Positions 18,848 through 29,256 of a DNA stretch of 64,000 bases are shown one piece after another. The stretch covers positions 242,025-306,024 of the forward strand of contig CAXXMR010000020.1 of NCBI GenBank assembly GCA_963663805.2, in the 5' to 3' direction. Numbering within the stretch: the stretch's first letter is position 1; every line of letters begins with the position of its first letter. The position numbers and the translations under genes were made by a program. The notes under the pieces are model-generated. The model saw only the letters and a list, made by a program, of their open reading frames with translations. It searched no databases and was not told the origin of the DNA. The stretch comes from Sedimentisphaerales bacterium (GTDB lineage: Bacteria > Planctomycetota > Phycisphaerae > Sedimentisphaerales > SM23-30).

Positions 18848-20771
18848 CAAACCTTTCCAGACATTTTTCCAACAGTTCAATCAACCGGCTGCACCCCTTT
18901 TCCAGTTCGCCGACGTATTGAATATCACGCTGTAACTGACGGCGTTGTTTGGCCTTGCCTTCGATTCCCTCGGCGTCCAGAGTCCGGTCGGCACGGTAAC
19001 GCATTAGTTGGGCCGCCTGAGAAACCTGCGAAACCAGTTTATAAATCTTCTCCCGGCGACGCACCATAGTTCGCAGTTCATCCAGCCGAACCATCCTGCG
19101 GTTAAGCTCGCCCTGACGGTCCACCAGCTCGGTCATTTCTCCCAGAATTTTCAGTGTCTCGGTGGTAATTTCGTGAAACTCGTTTATTTCCCCGATGCGT
19201 TTTTCAACCTGCTCACGAGCGCTGCTTTTCTGTCCCCCATCATATCGTACCATCTCTTTAGCGTTAAATATTTCTCTGCTGATTTCTTCTGTGCAGAACC
19301 GCGCCGCGACCGTATCGAAATCCATCACCTGCGTCCCGCGTTTATAAACCCCGCCCCCGGTCGCGTCGATAACCCGGACCGCACAAGCAGCGAAATCCTT
19401 CTCAAACTGCTGCAAGTACGTGAACATCTGTTCGTCTGTATAAATCTCCGTACCGTCAATACCGGGAACCTTGCGTAGGATTTCCCGATGACGCATAATC
19501 CGTTCCCATTCCTTCATCTCCAGAGTGCAGAAACGATTAAACTCAGGCCGCCACACACTATGAATCGCGGTGCCCGGACTATAATAAACATTGTTGGTAA
19601 AACCCAAATCCTGCCCGATGAAAATAATCGGGTCCGCCCCAATATACTGAGCCAGATAAAACGCCAGATGAGCCACCGTCGTGCCCGCCGGCAGATTAGC
19701 ATGATGGTCGTTATCATCCAGTACCGTTTTAGCGAAATCATTACCCAGAATCAGCATCGGCCCCAACTCACGATAACGGTCGATTACCTTCCAGCTCGCC
19801 TTGGGTTCGGCCACCAGGCATACATCACTGAGGTCATCTTCGATTCCCTCATAGAACCGCGTACCGATTTCGTGATAGTCCAGCGTAGTAACAAAATCCG
19901 GTTTGATACCACATGCCAGCAGCGGCTTTAACGTTGTCTGCACAGCGATAATCACCACATTGTCACGTATCTCTTTCAGCTTCGCCAGGTTCTTCTTCAA
20001 AGAAGGCCCTGCCGAGACAATCACCGCCGGCTTATGCACAAAACGACGCAGCAGAATATCTATAGAACCCGCCGCCGCATAGTTAGGCAGATTGTGCAGG
20101 ATATTGTCAACCGTCCGCAGAGAATTGCCCAGCAGCGTCATGGTGTGCATTCTTAAATACGCCGCGTATTCATTGATAAGCTGATGAGTCTGATGCCGAA
20201 ACTCAATGTCCGCACCAACCAAAGGCCGGGTAAACACCATACCCATCATCATCGTATTGCCGAACTTGCCCAGCCGATTGAAAATCTCCTCCCGGTCAGG
20301 CGAGGTCAGAAATATCAACCTGCCGCTGTCCAGCATCTCCGAATAATCAATATATTCCAGCGCCGTGCGAATCAAAGCAATATCAGATTCGCAAACTGCG
20401 ATAAACGTATCACCCAAAAGCCGCTTGAACAAAGCCTGAACGTGATAGCCCAGCCCAAACCCATCGACGATATAGCACATGGCAACCTGACCGGTTTTTT
20501 TCGTCTGTTCGTCAGCCATATCCTCGACCCCGTCTGCCCATTTTTCAGCTTCCTTTGCCGGGTCGTATTTGCTGTGAGCGAAAACCGCTTCGCCTTTACT
20601 GCCGGTTATCTGGCAAGTGGGCCCGCCTTTGCGGGACGGGATAATATTCAGAAATTCAGATTCGTCAATCAGGTCAATTTTCTGCCCCATCCGAGGCTGA
20701 CGGGAATGCAGTGCGCGGATATTAGCGACGTAAGGTGTTTCAGGCTCAATAATTGTGGGCAGCTCAATCAT
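18834..20771 (-). CDS. motility-associated factor (Maf/DUF115) glycosyltransferase
   Basis: HSKYDP..EA, IVSAGPSL.KN, GIKPDFV, GTTVAH, GADPIIFIGQDL, IDATGGG; start taken at ATG 20771. Confidence 0.88.
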   Translation of the reverse strand: MIELPTIIEPETPYVANIRALHSRQPRMGQKIDLIDESEFLNIIPSRKGGPTCQITGSKGEAVFAHSKYDPAKEAEKWADGVEDMADEQTKKTGQVAMCYIVDGFGLGYHVQALFKRLLGDTFIAVCESDIALIRTALEYIDYSEMLDSGRLIFLTSPDREEIFNRLGKFGNTMMMGMVFTRPLVGADIEFRHQTHQLINEYAAYLRMHTMTLLGNSLRTVDNILHNLPNYAAAGSIDILLRRFVHKPAVIVSAGPSLKKNLAKLKEIRDNVVIIAVQTTLKPLLACGIKPDFVTTLDYHEIGTRFYEGIEDDLSDVCLVAEPKASWKVIDRYRELGPMLILGNDFAKTVLDDNDHHANLPAGTTVAHLAFYLAQYIGADPIIFIGQDLGFTNNVYYSPGTAIHSVWRPEFNRFCTLEMKEWERIMRHREILRKVPGIDGTEIYTDEQMFTYLQQFEKDFAACAVRVIDATGGGVYKRGTQVMDFDTVAARFCTEEISREIFNAKEMVRYDGGQKSSAREQVEKRIGEINEFHEITTETLKILGEMTELVDRQGELNRRMVRLDELRTMVRRREKIYKLVSQVSQAAQLMRYRADRTLDAEGIEGKAKQRRQLQRDIQYVGELEKGCSRLIELLEKCLERFDAVD

Positions 20772-20918
20772 AGGCTGGTTGTTTTCCTGCCACTGTCGTA
20801 ATCGGCGTTTACTATCATCTTTTAGCGGCCCGGGCGCATACCGGGGCCATACCACTTATATGGTTATCGGTCCTTAAGGGCCAGTATGATAAATATTTAA
20901 GTGGAAGCGATAGGTAAA

Positions 20919-22679
20919 CTAATCTATGTTTTGTCCCAGCAGGGCGGCAACTCTTTCCAGGTTGCCGATGGACTTGGAGATTTCCGGCAGTGAGTTGTCC
21001 CAGTTGTATTCGTACTCTATCGAAAGCATACCGGTGAAACCCTGCCGCTGGAGTTCAGCCAATACGTTGTACATGTCCAGTTTGCCGGTACCCCAGATTA
21101 CATCGTGGACTTTATTGTTAGCGAACATATCGATGTCTTTGAAGTGCAGGTAGATGATGCGGCCCTGGAGTTTTTGCAGTGATTCCACGGGGTCAAACCC
21201 GGAGCGTATCCAGTGGCCCACGTCGGCGCAGCAGCCGATACGTTTTGATAAACTGCTGCAATGCTCGACGAAGGTGTCGGGGTTATTATAGCGGGAGGGG
21301 GCGGGATGGTTGTGGATGGCGACGCTGATGCCGTATTCGGTGGCGAGGCGGTCGACCATTTCGAGGGCCTCAAAGGGCGGCTCGGCAGCGATACTCTTTA
21401 CGCTGAGCTTTTTAGCGAATTCAAAGGTTTGACGGCATTGGGCTTCATCTTCGGTGAGGCTGGTAACTCCAAAACTCATTACCGTCAGGCCGGCCTGGTT
21501 GAGTTTATCTATGACAAGCTGTAAATCTTCGGGACTCATGTCGGGAGAGATTTTTGTATCGCTGTCGGCCTTGATTATTTGGCCGGGGTAGAGCTCGATG
21601 TATTTCAGGCCCAGGTTGGCGGTCTTGTCGATGGCTTCAAAAGCGGTGAACTTGCGGAATGTCCAGGCCTGAGTCGCCAGCTTCCAGGTGGAAGAGATGG
21701 CCAGGGGCGCGGCGTCCAGGTCTTCGGTCAGCCAGACATTACGATACTGCATAGGGTTGTTATGGTCCTGCAACTGGAAGGGGCCGCGCGCCTGATGAGG
21801 ATTTTTGGGATTGATAGTGTGGTTCAGGATGGCCAGGTCGTTCTGAACGAGAATGCCGTTATGCACTACGGTGACACGGGGCAGTTGCGTTACGGTTCCG
21901 TCGGCTTCGATGACGGGTGCCTTGAAGATGATGTCGTAGGTTTGCCATTGGTCGGGCGGGAAAGATGCGTTTACCCGCGGGGCGGAAAGTTTGTATATGC
22001 CGCCGCAATCGCCGGTACCGGGCAGGAAACCAAACGAGTCGAGTACCTGTACTTCATAGGCTTTATTGAAGAAAACGCCGCTGTTGGCACGGTGCTGGAA
22101 GAATTCTGTGGGCTGAAGCGGAACCCGAAATTCCAGATGAAGACGGACATCGCCGAATTGTTGTTTGGTGCAGGGTGAGCCTTTGAGGATTTGGACACAG
22201 CCTTCTTCGGGGATGGTCTTCCAGACTTCATCCTGGTTGGGGTTTTCCCAGGCGGAGATGTCAGGACCCTTGCCGGGTTCGTAGGGTAGCAGAACAACAG
22301 CGCCTTTGGGCGGGGGCATGAGCATCGAGGGTGAAAGACGGACAGATTTTTTCAGCTCAGCGGTGATGCTGTAGTAATTAGCGTCGAGTTTCAAATCGCC
22401 GTCGGTGAGACTGCCCGTCCAGTCGCGTCCCCAGCTTCGACCGAAAATATTGAGGCTGCTGCCTTCTTCCACGCCGTAAAGCTCCAGACCTACTCTGGTA
22501 TTGACGTTGATGCGATAATAGCCGGGGCCTTCGGCGACGACCACGGCGTCAGCGGGGAAGCTGTCCGGTCCGATTTGTAAACTGCCGTGGTATTCGCCGA
22601 TGAAATCATTGGCGGACACACACGAAACAGAGCTTAACACTAAAAGTACTGCCAGAGCGTAGAAACCTTGATTTGTCAT
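20919..22679 (-). CDS. secreted DUF1080 (3-keto-glycoside hydratase-like) + xylose-isomerase-like TIM barrel fusion
   Basis: Signal peptide; HLEFR, NSGVF, YEVQVLDS, LQDH..P..YRNVW; then IHNH, DVGHW, HFKD, SIEYE. Confidence 0.85.
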   Translation of the reverse strand: MTNQGFYALAVLLVLSSVSCVSANDFIGEYHGSLQIGPDSFPADAVVVAEGPGYYRINVNTRVGLELYGVEEGSSLNIFGRSWGRDWTGSLTDGDLKLDANYYSITAELKKSVRLSPSMLMPPPKGAVVLLPYEPGKGPDISAWENPNQDEVWKTIPEEGCVQILKGSPCTKQQFGDVRLHLEFRVPLQPTEFFQHRANSGVFFNKAYEVQVLDSFGFLPGTGDCGGIYKLSAPRVNASFPPDQWQTYDIIFKAPVIEADGTVTQLPRVTVVHNGILVQNDLAILNHTINPKNPHQARGPFQLQDHNNPMQYRNVWLTEDLDAAPLAISSTWKLATQAWTFRKFTAFEAIDKTANLGLKYIELYPGQIIKADSDTKISPDMSPEDLQLVIDKLNQAGLTVMSFGVTSLTEDEAQCRQTFEFAKKLSVKSIAAEPPFEALEMVDRLATEYGISVAIHNHPAPSRYNNPDTFVEHCSSLSKRIGCCADVGHWIRSGFDPVESLQKLQGRIIYLHFKDIDMFANNKVHDVIWGTGKLDMYNVLAELQRQGFTGMLSIEYEYNWDNSLPEISKSIGNLERVAALLGQNID

Positions 22680-22715
22680 GTTGACCTCGATTACATTAAT
22701 TTTGATTAAAGTCTG

Positions 22716-24060
22716 TTACAGTGACCAGCCCGGACGGTATTCGCGGTTGATGTATTTGTCGAGCTGAGGGGCGTTGGTGGCTTTGAGATTTTTACTGTCC
22801 CAGATAATCTCGTCGTCATGGCGCATAGCCAGTACGCCGAGCAGGACCATCTCGGTCAGCGGGCCGGAATACTCAAAGCTGGAACAGGGCTGTTGGCCCG
22901 ATTTGATGGCGCGGGCCCATTCGATTTCATGGGGGCAGTCGACACGCGGCAGAGTTTTTTCGGGCAGCTTGTAGGCCTTCATAAGTTTTTCGGGGAAGAT
23001 GCGGGGACTTGAACCGTAGCAGCCGCACATGAGATTACCAGTTTCGCCAACGAAAATTACGCCGTTGTCGGCCAGTTTACGACCGGTTTCAAGGTCGGCG
23101 GGACGTTCGGGTTTCAGGCCGCCTTCGTACCAGTGGAGCTTGACCGGGGGCATATCACCGCGGGCGGGAAAGTTATAATGTATAATGGCACCGAAGGGAA
23201 ACTGCTCTTTGGCATCAACCGTACCGCTGGCATTGACAGATTCTGGGGCGCCCAGATTTAAGGCCAGGAATACCGGGTCGAGAATATGGCAGCCCATATC
23301 GCCCAGGGCTCCGGTGCCGAAATCCCACCATGCTCGCCATTTTCCGTCAAGGTAGGTAGAATGGAAGGGACGCTCCGGGGCAGGCCCCAGCCATAAATCC
23401 CATTGGAGAGTTTCGGGGATGGGTTGAATTTCTTCGGGACGTTCGCCCTGATTGCCGTAGAACCATTTTCGCCAGCATCTGTCGGTCCAGGCGTGAACTT
23501 CTCTTATTTTGCCAATAGCACCATCATGAATCCATTCAGTTGTAAGGCGGATACCCTCGGCGGAACGGCCCTGATTGCCCATTTGGGTGATGATGTTATG
23601 TTCACGGGCGTATTCGGTGAGGACGCGGGCTTCGCCCACGGTGTAGGTGAGGGGCTTCTGAGTATAAACGGACTTGCCGAGTTTCATGGCGTCCATGGTG
23701 ATTGCCGCATGGGAGTGGTCCGGCGTAGCGATGACCACACCGTCGATTTTGTCGGCCATCTGCTCGAACATTCGGCGGTAGTCCTGAAATTTTTTGGCTT
23801 CGGGATATTTCTCTGCTTCTTTATCGAGCGTTATCTGGTTCACGTCGCACAGGGCCACAATATTGTGTTCCTTGGCTAAAGCTTTGAGATTACCCGCTCC
23901 CATATGCAGGCCTATGCCGGCGAAGTTGAGTTTTTTCGTTGGGCGAAGCGGAAAAGCCGCGAGCTTGGCCGGGCAGAACTCCCAGGGCCGCAGCGGTGGA
24001 GGCAGCTACCATGCTGTTTTTGAGAAAATCACGACGGGAGACAGTACAACGAGAATCCAT
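22716..24060 (-). CDS. Tat-exported Gfo/Idh/MocA oxidoreductase (frameshift at T6 run 23931-23936)
   Basis: ATG 24060 gives SRRDFLK Tat motif; removing one A joins SPNEKLNFAGIG to the ORF carrying ATPDH, QKPL, WDLWLGPAP, GDMGCH. Confidence 0.88.
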
Positions 24061-24284
24061 GCAAAAACCTCGCTTTCGTTAGCAGGGGGACTGAATATTT
24101 GCCAATACCTGGTGTCAAAATCACGCAGACCTCCATTATCCTGTCGGAGTCGGGATAGTCAAGCCAAAATATATAATACCTTGATATTCACAGTTGTCAA
24201 AAAAGACTGGATATGGTATCGATTAAGCCTTGAAATATAATTTAACTTTTACAAAACTCCAAATATAACTTGCGGAGATTAATA

Positions 24285-24668
24285 ATGTTAGAGCAGTTGC
24301 CTCAGGCGTGGTGGATTTATGTGGTTTTAGGCGTGGTCGCTGGCATTGTCAGCGGGATGCTCGGTATCGGCAGCGGTTCGGTTGTTGTGCCTGCCCTGGT
24401 GATATTCTGCGCCTTTGGCCAGAAAAACGCTCAGGGCATCGCCCTGGCCGTCATGGTTCCTATGGCCCTGGTCGGAGCCTATCGCTACTGGCATAATCCC
24501 GAAATTGACCTCAATCTCGCCGTCGCACTTTTTATAGCTCTGGGCGCCGTCGTCGGTACTCTCATCGGCACAGAACTAGTGACCCACATCCCCGCCGCTC
24601 TCCTGAAAAAGCTTTTTGCCATATTCCTGATAGTTGTGGCAGTTAAAATGTTTTTCAGTCCAGATTAA
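24285..24668 (+). CDS. TauE/SafE family membrane protein (half-size)
   Basis: GIVSGMLGIGSG..VVP motif, four TM helices. Confidence 0.85.
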   Translation: MLEQLPQAWWIYVVLGVVAGIVSGMLGIGSGSVVVPALVIFCAFGQKNAQGIALAVMVPMALVGAYRYWHNPEIDLNLAVALFIALGAVVGTLIGTELVTHIPAALLKKLFAIFLIVVAVKMFFSPD

Positions 24669-24676
24669 AATGAGTC

Positions 24677-24722
24677 AAAAAAAGTCCCGGTCGGTATATC
24701 GTAACGCCGATCGGGACTTTTG
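24677..24722. terminator. bidirectional intrinsic terminator
   Basis: AAAGTCCCGGTCGG...CCGATCGGGACTTT stem with A/T tails between convergent genes. Confidence 0.8.
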
Positions 24723-24740
24723 TTTAATCACAGGAGCGGA

Positions 24741-26510
24741 TTACTCCACAAAATGGATTCTTACATAGCTGATAGCGCCTTTGAACTGCCTGGAGGCGTT
24801 ATTGAAATTGCCGATGCAGATATCCTCGCTATTTTTCAGTGAAGCGGTTGTCGTATCGCTTACATAGCCTCTGATGACATCGTCGATGTAGATTTGAAGT
24901 TCATCATCGTCGGCATCGCGGCCTACGAGGATGTGATGCCAGCTGCCGTCATTGACATTGATGCTGCTGGTTACGCTTCTTTCGACATTGCCGTCACAGA
25001 TGAGGAATTTTAATTTGCCGTCCTGCACTCTCAGCCACCATGAAGGCAGCAGGGTGCCGGAGTCTTTGGCGACTAGCGAACCAGAGCCTGTCGAGCCGCC
25101 CGAACCGTGATAGGTTGTCTTGAATTTCGCTTCGATCCAGAAGGTTTCGCCATAATCGAAATCGAGAACATTATTGGCGTAGCTGTCGTCGATAACGATA
25201 TAATCGGTAGTAGTGGTATCACAACCGGATGTAGTAGTGCCAAACTCCAGGGCAGTATCTGAGTCCGGCCCGTTGACGCATTTGACGGTTCCGCTGATAC
25301 TGCCGTCCAGGGCGTAGCAGATGGAATTATAAGCGTAACCGCTTGTGCAGGTACCTACGCTGTAGTCCTCAAATTCCATCGCCAGGACTTCCGAATCGGT
25401 TAGCCAGTCGTCATTGAAGTAGACGAAGTCAATCTTTTCCCAATAATCACTGGCTCCGCTTTCGTAAAGTATGCCCACGTACCCGTTGTTGAGGTCAACC
25501 ATGTCGGAATAGCCGACATAATCGTCGATGAGCATTTTCTTTTCCGACCATGAACCCGCTTCGTTGAAGCTGCTGCGAATTGTCATATAGCGTCTTACGG
25601 TTTTGGTCGCTGGATTGGCGAATAATATCTGGTTGTAAGCATCTCCTAAGTCGGTCGAGGCATATTTGAGCAGTGAACCGTGTACTATCGGGTCCGGCAG
25701 TTCCGTATCGAGTGCCAGGGCATCGTAGCTGGTCAGGAAATCAGATGTTTTTGTGACAATGCGGTAATATTCAGAGTCAACATCAGCGGTCTGGTTTCTC
25801 ATATTGAAATAGATATCGCCGTTGGTCATTTCCTCAATACTTACTTCGTTAATACCGCAGGTGGAGGTGGCCATAATCCTGCCGCTGTGCGACCATGATG
25901 AGCCGTTGTTGTCGCTGTAAAGCAGGCGAATTTTTCTGGTTCCGCCCGAGGTTCTGTAGCGGTAAGGGATAACCAGTCTGCCTGCATTCGCACCACGCTG
26001 AAGCTGAATTCCGTGGCAGGGGCCGGTATGGATGGAACCGTTGGTCAAATCCACGTCCGTTGGATAGCCCGCCGACGGTATTTCCGCGTAGTTGCTCCAG
26101 GTTACGCCGTTATTGTCGCTATATTTATAGGCGATAGTGCAGCCGTTGACGCAGAAGAACACCCAGATACGTCCGTTGTCCTGGTCAACCACTGGTGTGG
26201 GGTTATGAAGCCGATTTGAGCCGTAGGAGTCGATCAGGATGTTTGAGCTCCAGTTGATGCCATTGTCGGTGCTGCGTTTGCATAAAATGTCGATGTTTCC
26301 CATGTCAGAACAGCTGTCAACGCGCCCTTCCACAATTGCCAACAAGGTTCCGCTTGTACTGCGTACAATAGTCGGAATCCGATAGCAGTAATACCCGTTG
26401 GTGTCCTCCTCAAAAACTCGGCGACGGTGGGGCGGGTAGTAGCCCAGTGCCTCAAGGGTCATAACTGCTACTAAAATAAGGGGAACAAACTTCCAATATG
26501 CTCTTGTCAT
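24741..26510 (-). CDS. secreted sialidase (GH33/BNR) with C-terminal LamG-like domain
   Basis: Signal peptide, YRIP motif, Asp boxes (STDNGINW, SDNNGVTW), GYSD; NDGSWHHI and FKGAI lectin-like tail. Confidence 0.9.
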   Translation of the reverse strand: MTRAYWKFVPLILVAVMTLEALGYYPPHRRRVFEEDTNGYYCYRIPTIVRSTSGTLLAIVEGRVDSCSDMGNIDILCKRSTDNGINWSSNILIDSYGSNRLHNPTPVVDQDNGRIWVFFCVNGCTIAYKYSDNNGVTWSNYAEIPSAGYPTDVDLTNGSIHTGPCHGIQLQRGANAGRLVIPYRYRTSGGTRKIRLLYSDNNGSSWSHSGRIMATSTCGINEVSIEEMTNGDIYFNMRNQTADVDSEYYRIVTKTSDFLTSYDALALDTELPDPIVHGSLLKYASTDLGDAYNQILFANPATKTVRRYMTIRSSFNEAGSWSEKKMLIDDYVGYSDMVDLNNGYVGILYESGASDYWEKIDFVYFNDDWLTDSEVLAMEFEDYSVGTCTSGYAYNSICYALDGSISGTVKCVNGPDSDTALEFGTTTSGCDTTTTDYIVIDDSYANNVLDFDYGETFWIEAKFKTTYHGSGGSTGSGSLVAKDSGTLLPSWWLRVQDGKLKFLICDGNVERSVTSSINVNDGSWHHILVGRDADDDELQIYIDDVIRGYVSDTTTASLKNSEDICIGNFNNASRQFKGAISYVRIHFVE

Positions 26511-26689
26511 GTCTTAATCTCCTTTTTGTTTAAAGGCATACCAGATGGAAACCGCGGACGCACGCCCGCGAAAAGTTTTGTTCAGGCGAATCACTGGATT
26601 TGACTCAGGTAGTAAAATGGTTCGGACGATGCTATTATCTACTGAGGTTACATAGCTTTTTCGGATCGAATCAGTAAAAGGTACGGATA

Positions 26690-26711
26690 TTGTTTAAAAT
26701 ATAATAAACAA
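26690..26711. promoter_or_regulatory. palindromic operator candidate TTGTTTA-N8-TAAACAA
   Basis: Perfect 7-bp inverted repeat in the divergent promoter region. Confidence 0.45.
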
Positions 26712-26947
26712 CAATTTGAACAAATCAAGCAAATTTTGTTTATTGCCTTTGGGTTGTAACTTTGCTATATTAAATAAAATGTAATGCGTGCCAATTGGCA
26801 TATGGATTTTTGTTTAGTTATTGCAAGATAGCTTGTTTAGTAGTTGTCTACTTTTGGGACGCCTGAATGTGAGCAGGGGATTATTATGTAACCCCGAAGC
26901 GGAATTCGGAATTTGTTAAATTTATGCTGCCGTAAACAAAGGTTTTT

Positions 26948-28075
26948 TTGATGAGTGCTATCGAACATCAACTGGCGGAAATATTGACGGAAATCGCTGA
27001 TCGCGGCAATGTGGGCCAACAGGCCCGCGAGAAACTGCATCACGAAGCCCTGAACTATCAGGACGTTGAGCATTTGCCCCTGATTTGCGCATACCCCATA
27101 CCGACTGACGGCAAATATCAGCCTCTTCCGCACCGTGAAGTGTTCGCTAATCCTGTCAAAATGTTCTATAACCAGTTGCTAACCGCCTGGGACACCAGTA
27201 TCTATTATAATGCCCAGGTCGGCGACGATTTGCCTTATACGATTCGTGCCGATTTTGGCACTGTGCTTATCGCCTCGATGTTCAATACCCAGGTCGAGCA
27301 GGTCGAAGACAATCCGCCCTGGATACGCCACGATAACGGCCCTGAGGTGTCTTACGACGAGATAATTGACACAGACCCGAACGACCTGCAAAAAGGCTGG
27401 GTGACGCGGGTATTAAGCCAGTATGAGTTTTATCACGAACAACTTGACAAACGCCCTGAACTGAAAGACATCCTCAAAATCAGCCTGCCCGACCTGCAAG
27501 GTCCGTTTGACAACCTCGAACTGATTCTCGGCTCGGATGTTTTCATGGACTTCTACAGCAAGCCCGAAAAAATCGCTCAGGCCTTGCACCGGCTCGCGGA
27601 GATTCAGGTCAATCTTGCTCGTCTTTTTGGTAAATACGAAACCGATAACGCTTCAGGCATGACCTGCCAGCATGGTTTTTATATCAAAGGTAACATTCTG
27701 TTGCGAAATGATTCCTGCATTATGGTTGGGCCTGACATGTACCGCGACCAGATTCGCCCAGCCGACTCTTACGTCCTGCAGGAACTCGGCGGCGGTTCAA
27801 TCCATTCCTGCGGCGATTTAGGCCGATTGGCTCAGGAACTGCTCACGGTTGAAGGTGTGCTGGGTCTGGATTTCGGCCAGTCCGAGATGAACGATGTCCC
27901 CGCCGTGTACGCTCAGGCACGCGAAAATAAAAAACCGCTCTACAGAGTCGCGATTACAGCGGACATGCTCAAAGATGGTTTCCTGCGGGACTATCCAACC
28001 GGTATAGCCCTGGTCTGCCGTTGCAACAGCATCGCTCAGGCAAAAGAAATGGTAAAGGCAATCAAACAAGCGTGA
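26948..28075 (+). CDS. uroporphyrinogen decarboxylase/MtaA-like TIM-barrel protein
   Basis: PDLQGPFD, D...MVGPDMY, IHSCG motifs. Confidence 0.7.
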   Translation: MMSAIEHQLAEILTEIADRGNVGQQAREKLHHEALNYQDVEHLPLICAYPIPTDGKYQPLPHREVFANPVKMFYNQLLTAWDTSIYYNAQVGDDLPYTIRADFGTVLIASMFNTQVEQVEDNPPWIRHDNGPEVSYDEIIDTDPNDLQKGWVTRVLSQYEFYHEQLDKRPELKDILKISLPDLQGPFDNLELILGSDVFMDFYSKPEKIAQALHRLAEIQVNLARLFGKYETDNASGMTCQHGFYIKGNILLRNDSCIMVGPDMYRDQIRPADSYVLQELGGGSIHSCGDLGRLAQELLTVEGVLGLDFGQSEMNDVPAVYAQARENKKPLYRVAITADMLKDGFLRDYPTGIALVCRCNSIAQAKEMVKAIKQA

Positions 28076-28116
28076 AGGCAATAGTATTTGTTCGTTATAG
28101 AAGTTTTTGAAAGGTA

Positions 28117-29256
28117 ATGATGATGAATAAGTTTTTTCTGACAGGTGTATTATTGATTATGGTTACATTCTCATGGGCTCAGAACACCCCGGTAGTATCT
28201 CAGGATATTTTTGTTTCCGGCGAGAACGGTTATAATACCTATCGCATCCCCGCTATCGTCTGCACTGCCAAAGGCACTTTGCTGGCCTTTTGCGAAGGAC
28301 GCAAAGACGGCAAAAGCGACCGCGGCGACATCGACCTGCTGCTCAAACGTTCAAAGGACAGCGGCAAAACCTGGTCCGCTATGCAGACTGTCTGGGACGA
28401 CAAGGACAACACCTGCGGCAATCCCTGTCCGGTAGTTGACCAGATCACCGGCGATATTATTATGCTTTCCACCTGGAATCTCGGCCAAGACAGCGAAAAA
28501 GACCTGATGGCCGCCACCAGTAAAAGTACCCGCCGCGTTTTTGTGCTGACCTCATCCGATGACGGCCTTACCTGGTCCGATGCCCGTGAGATTACCGACC
28601 AGACCAAACGCCAGGACTGGCGCTGGTACGCTACCGGCCCAGGTGTCGGCATCCAGTTGCGTCACGGCGAACACAAAGGCCGTCTGGTCATTCCCGCCAA
28701 CCATTCCTTCCCCGAATATTTCCCGCAATGCCATTATGGCGCCCACGTAATCTTCAGCGACGACCACGGCAAAACCTGGAAGTACAGCGATTCCGTCCAG
28801 CCCGGCCTCAACGAAACTCAGATGGTCGAACTTAGCGACGGCACACTAATGCTCAATATGAGAAACTACAAATATCGCGGTCGCCGTGCCTTCGCCTGGA
28901 GCGATGACGGCGGTATGACCTGGCCCCGCATAGACTACAAGACCAGCCTCGTCGAACCACGCTGCCAGGGCAGTACCATTACTCTGGAAAAAACTTTGGT
29001 TGACGGCGAACCCGTCGTCTTGTTCGCTAACCCCAACTCCGAAACCAAACGCGTAAAAATGACCGTAAGGGCCTCAACCGACGATTGTCAAACCTGGCCC
29101 ATTGCCCAAGAATTATTCCCCGGCCCCTCAGCCTATTCGTCTCTGGTAGAACTCGCCGACGGACGTATCGGATGCTTCTATGAATGCGGCACAAAACAAC
29201 CCTATGAAAAAATCACGCTAGCCCTGTTCTCCTACGACTGGCTCAAAAGCAAATAA
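28117..29256 (+). CDS. secreted exo-alpha-sialidase (GH33)
   Basis: YRIP, CGNPCPVVD, WYATGPG, multiple S.D.G.TW Asp boxes, SAYS. Confidence 0.93.
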   Translation: MMMNKFFLTGVLLIMVTFSWAQNTPVVSQDIFVSGENGYNTYRIPAIVCTAKGTLLAFCEGRKDGKSDRGDIDLLLKRSKDSGKTWSAMQTVWDDKDNTCGNPCPVVDQITGDIIMLSTWNLGQDSEKDLMAATSKSTRRVFVLTSSDDGLTWSDAREITDQTKRQDWRWYATGPGVGIQLRHGEHKGRLVIPANHSFPEYFPQCHYGAHVIFSDDHGKTWKYSDSVQPGLNETQMVELSDGTLMLNMRNYKYRGRRAFAWSDDGGMTWPRIDYKTSLVEPRCQGSTITLEKTLVDGEPVVLFANPNSETKRVKMTVRASTDDCQTWPIAQELFPGPSAYSSLVELADGRIGCFYECGTKQPYEKITLALFSYDWLKSK

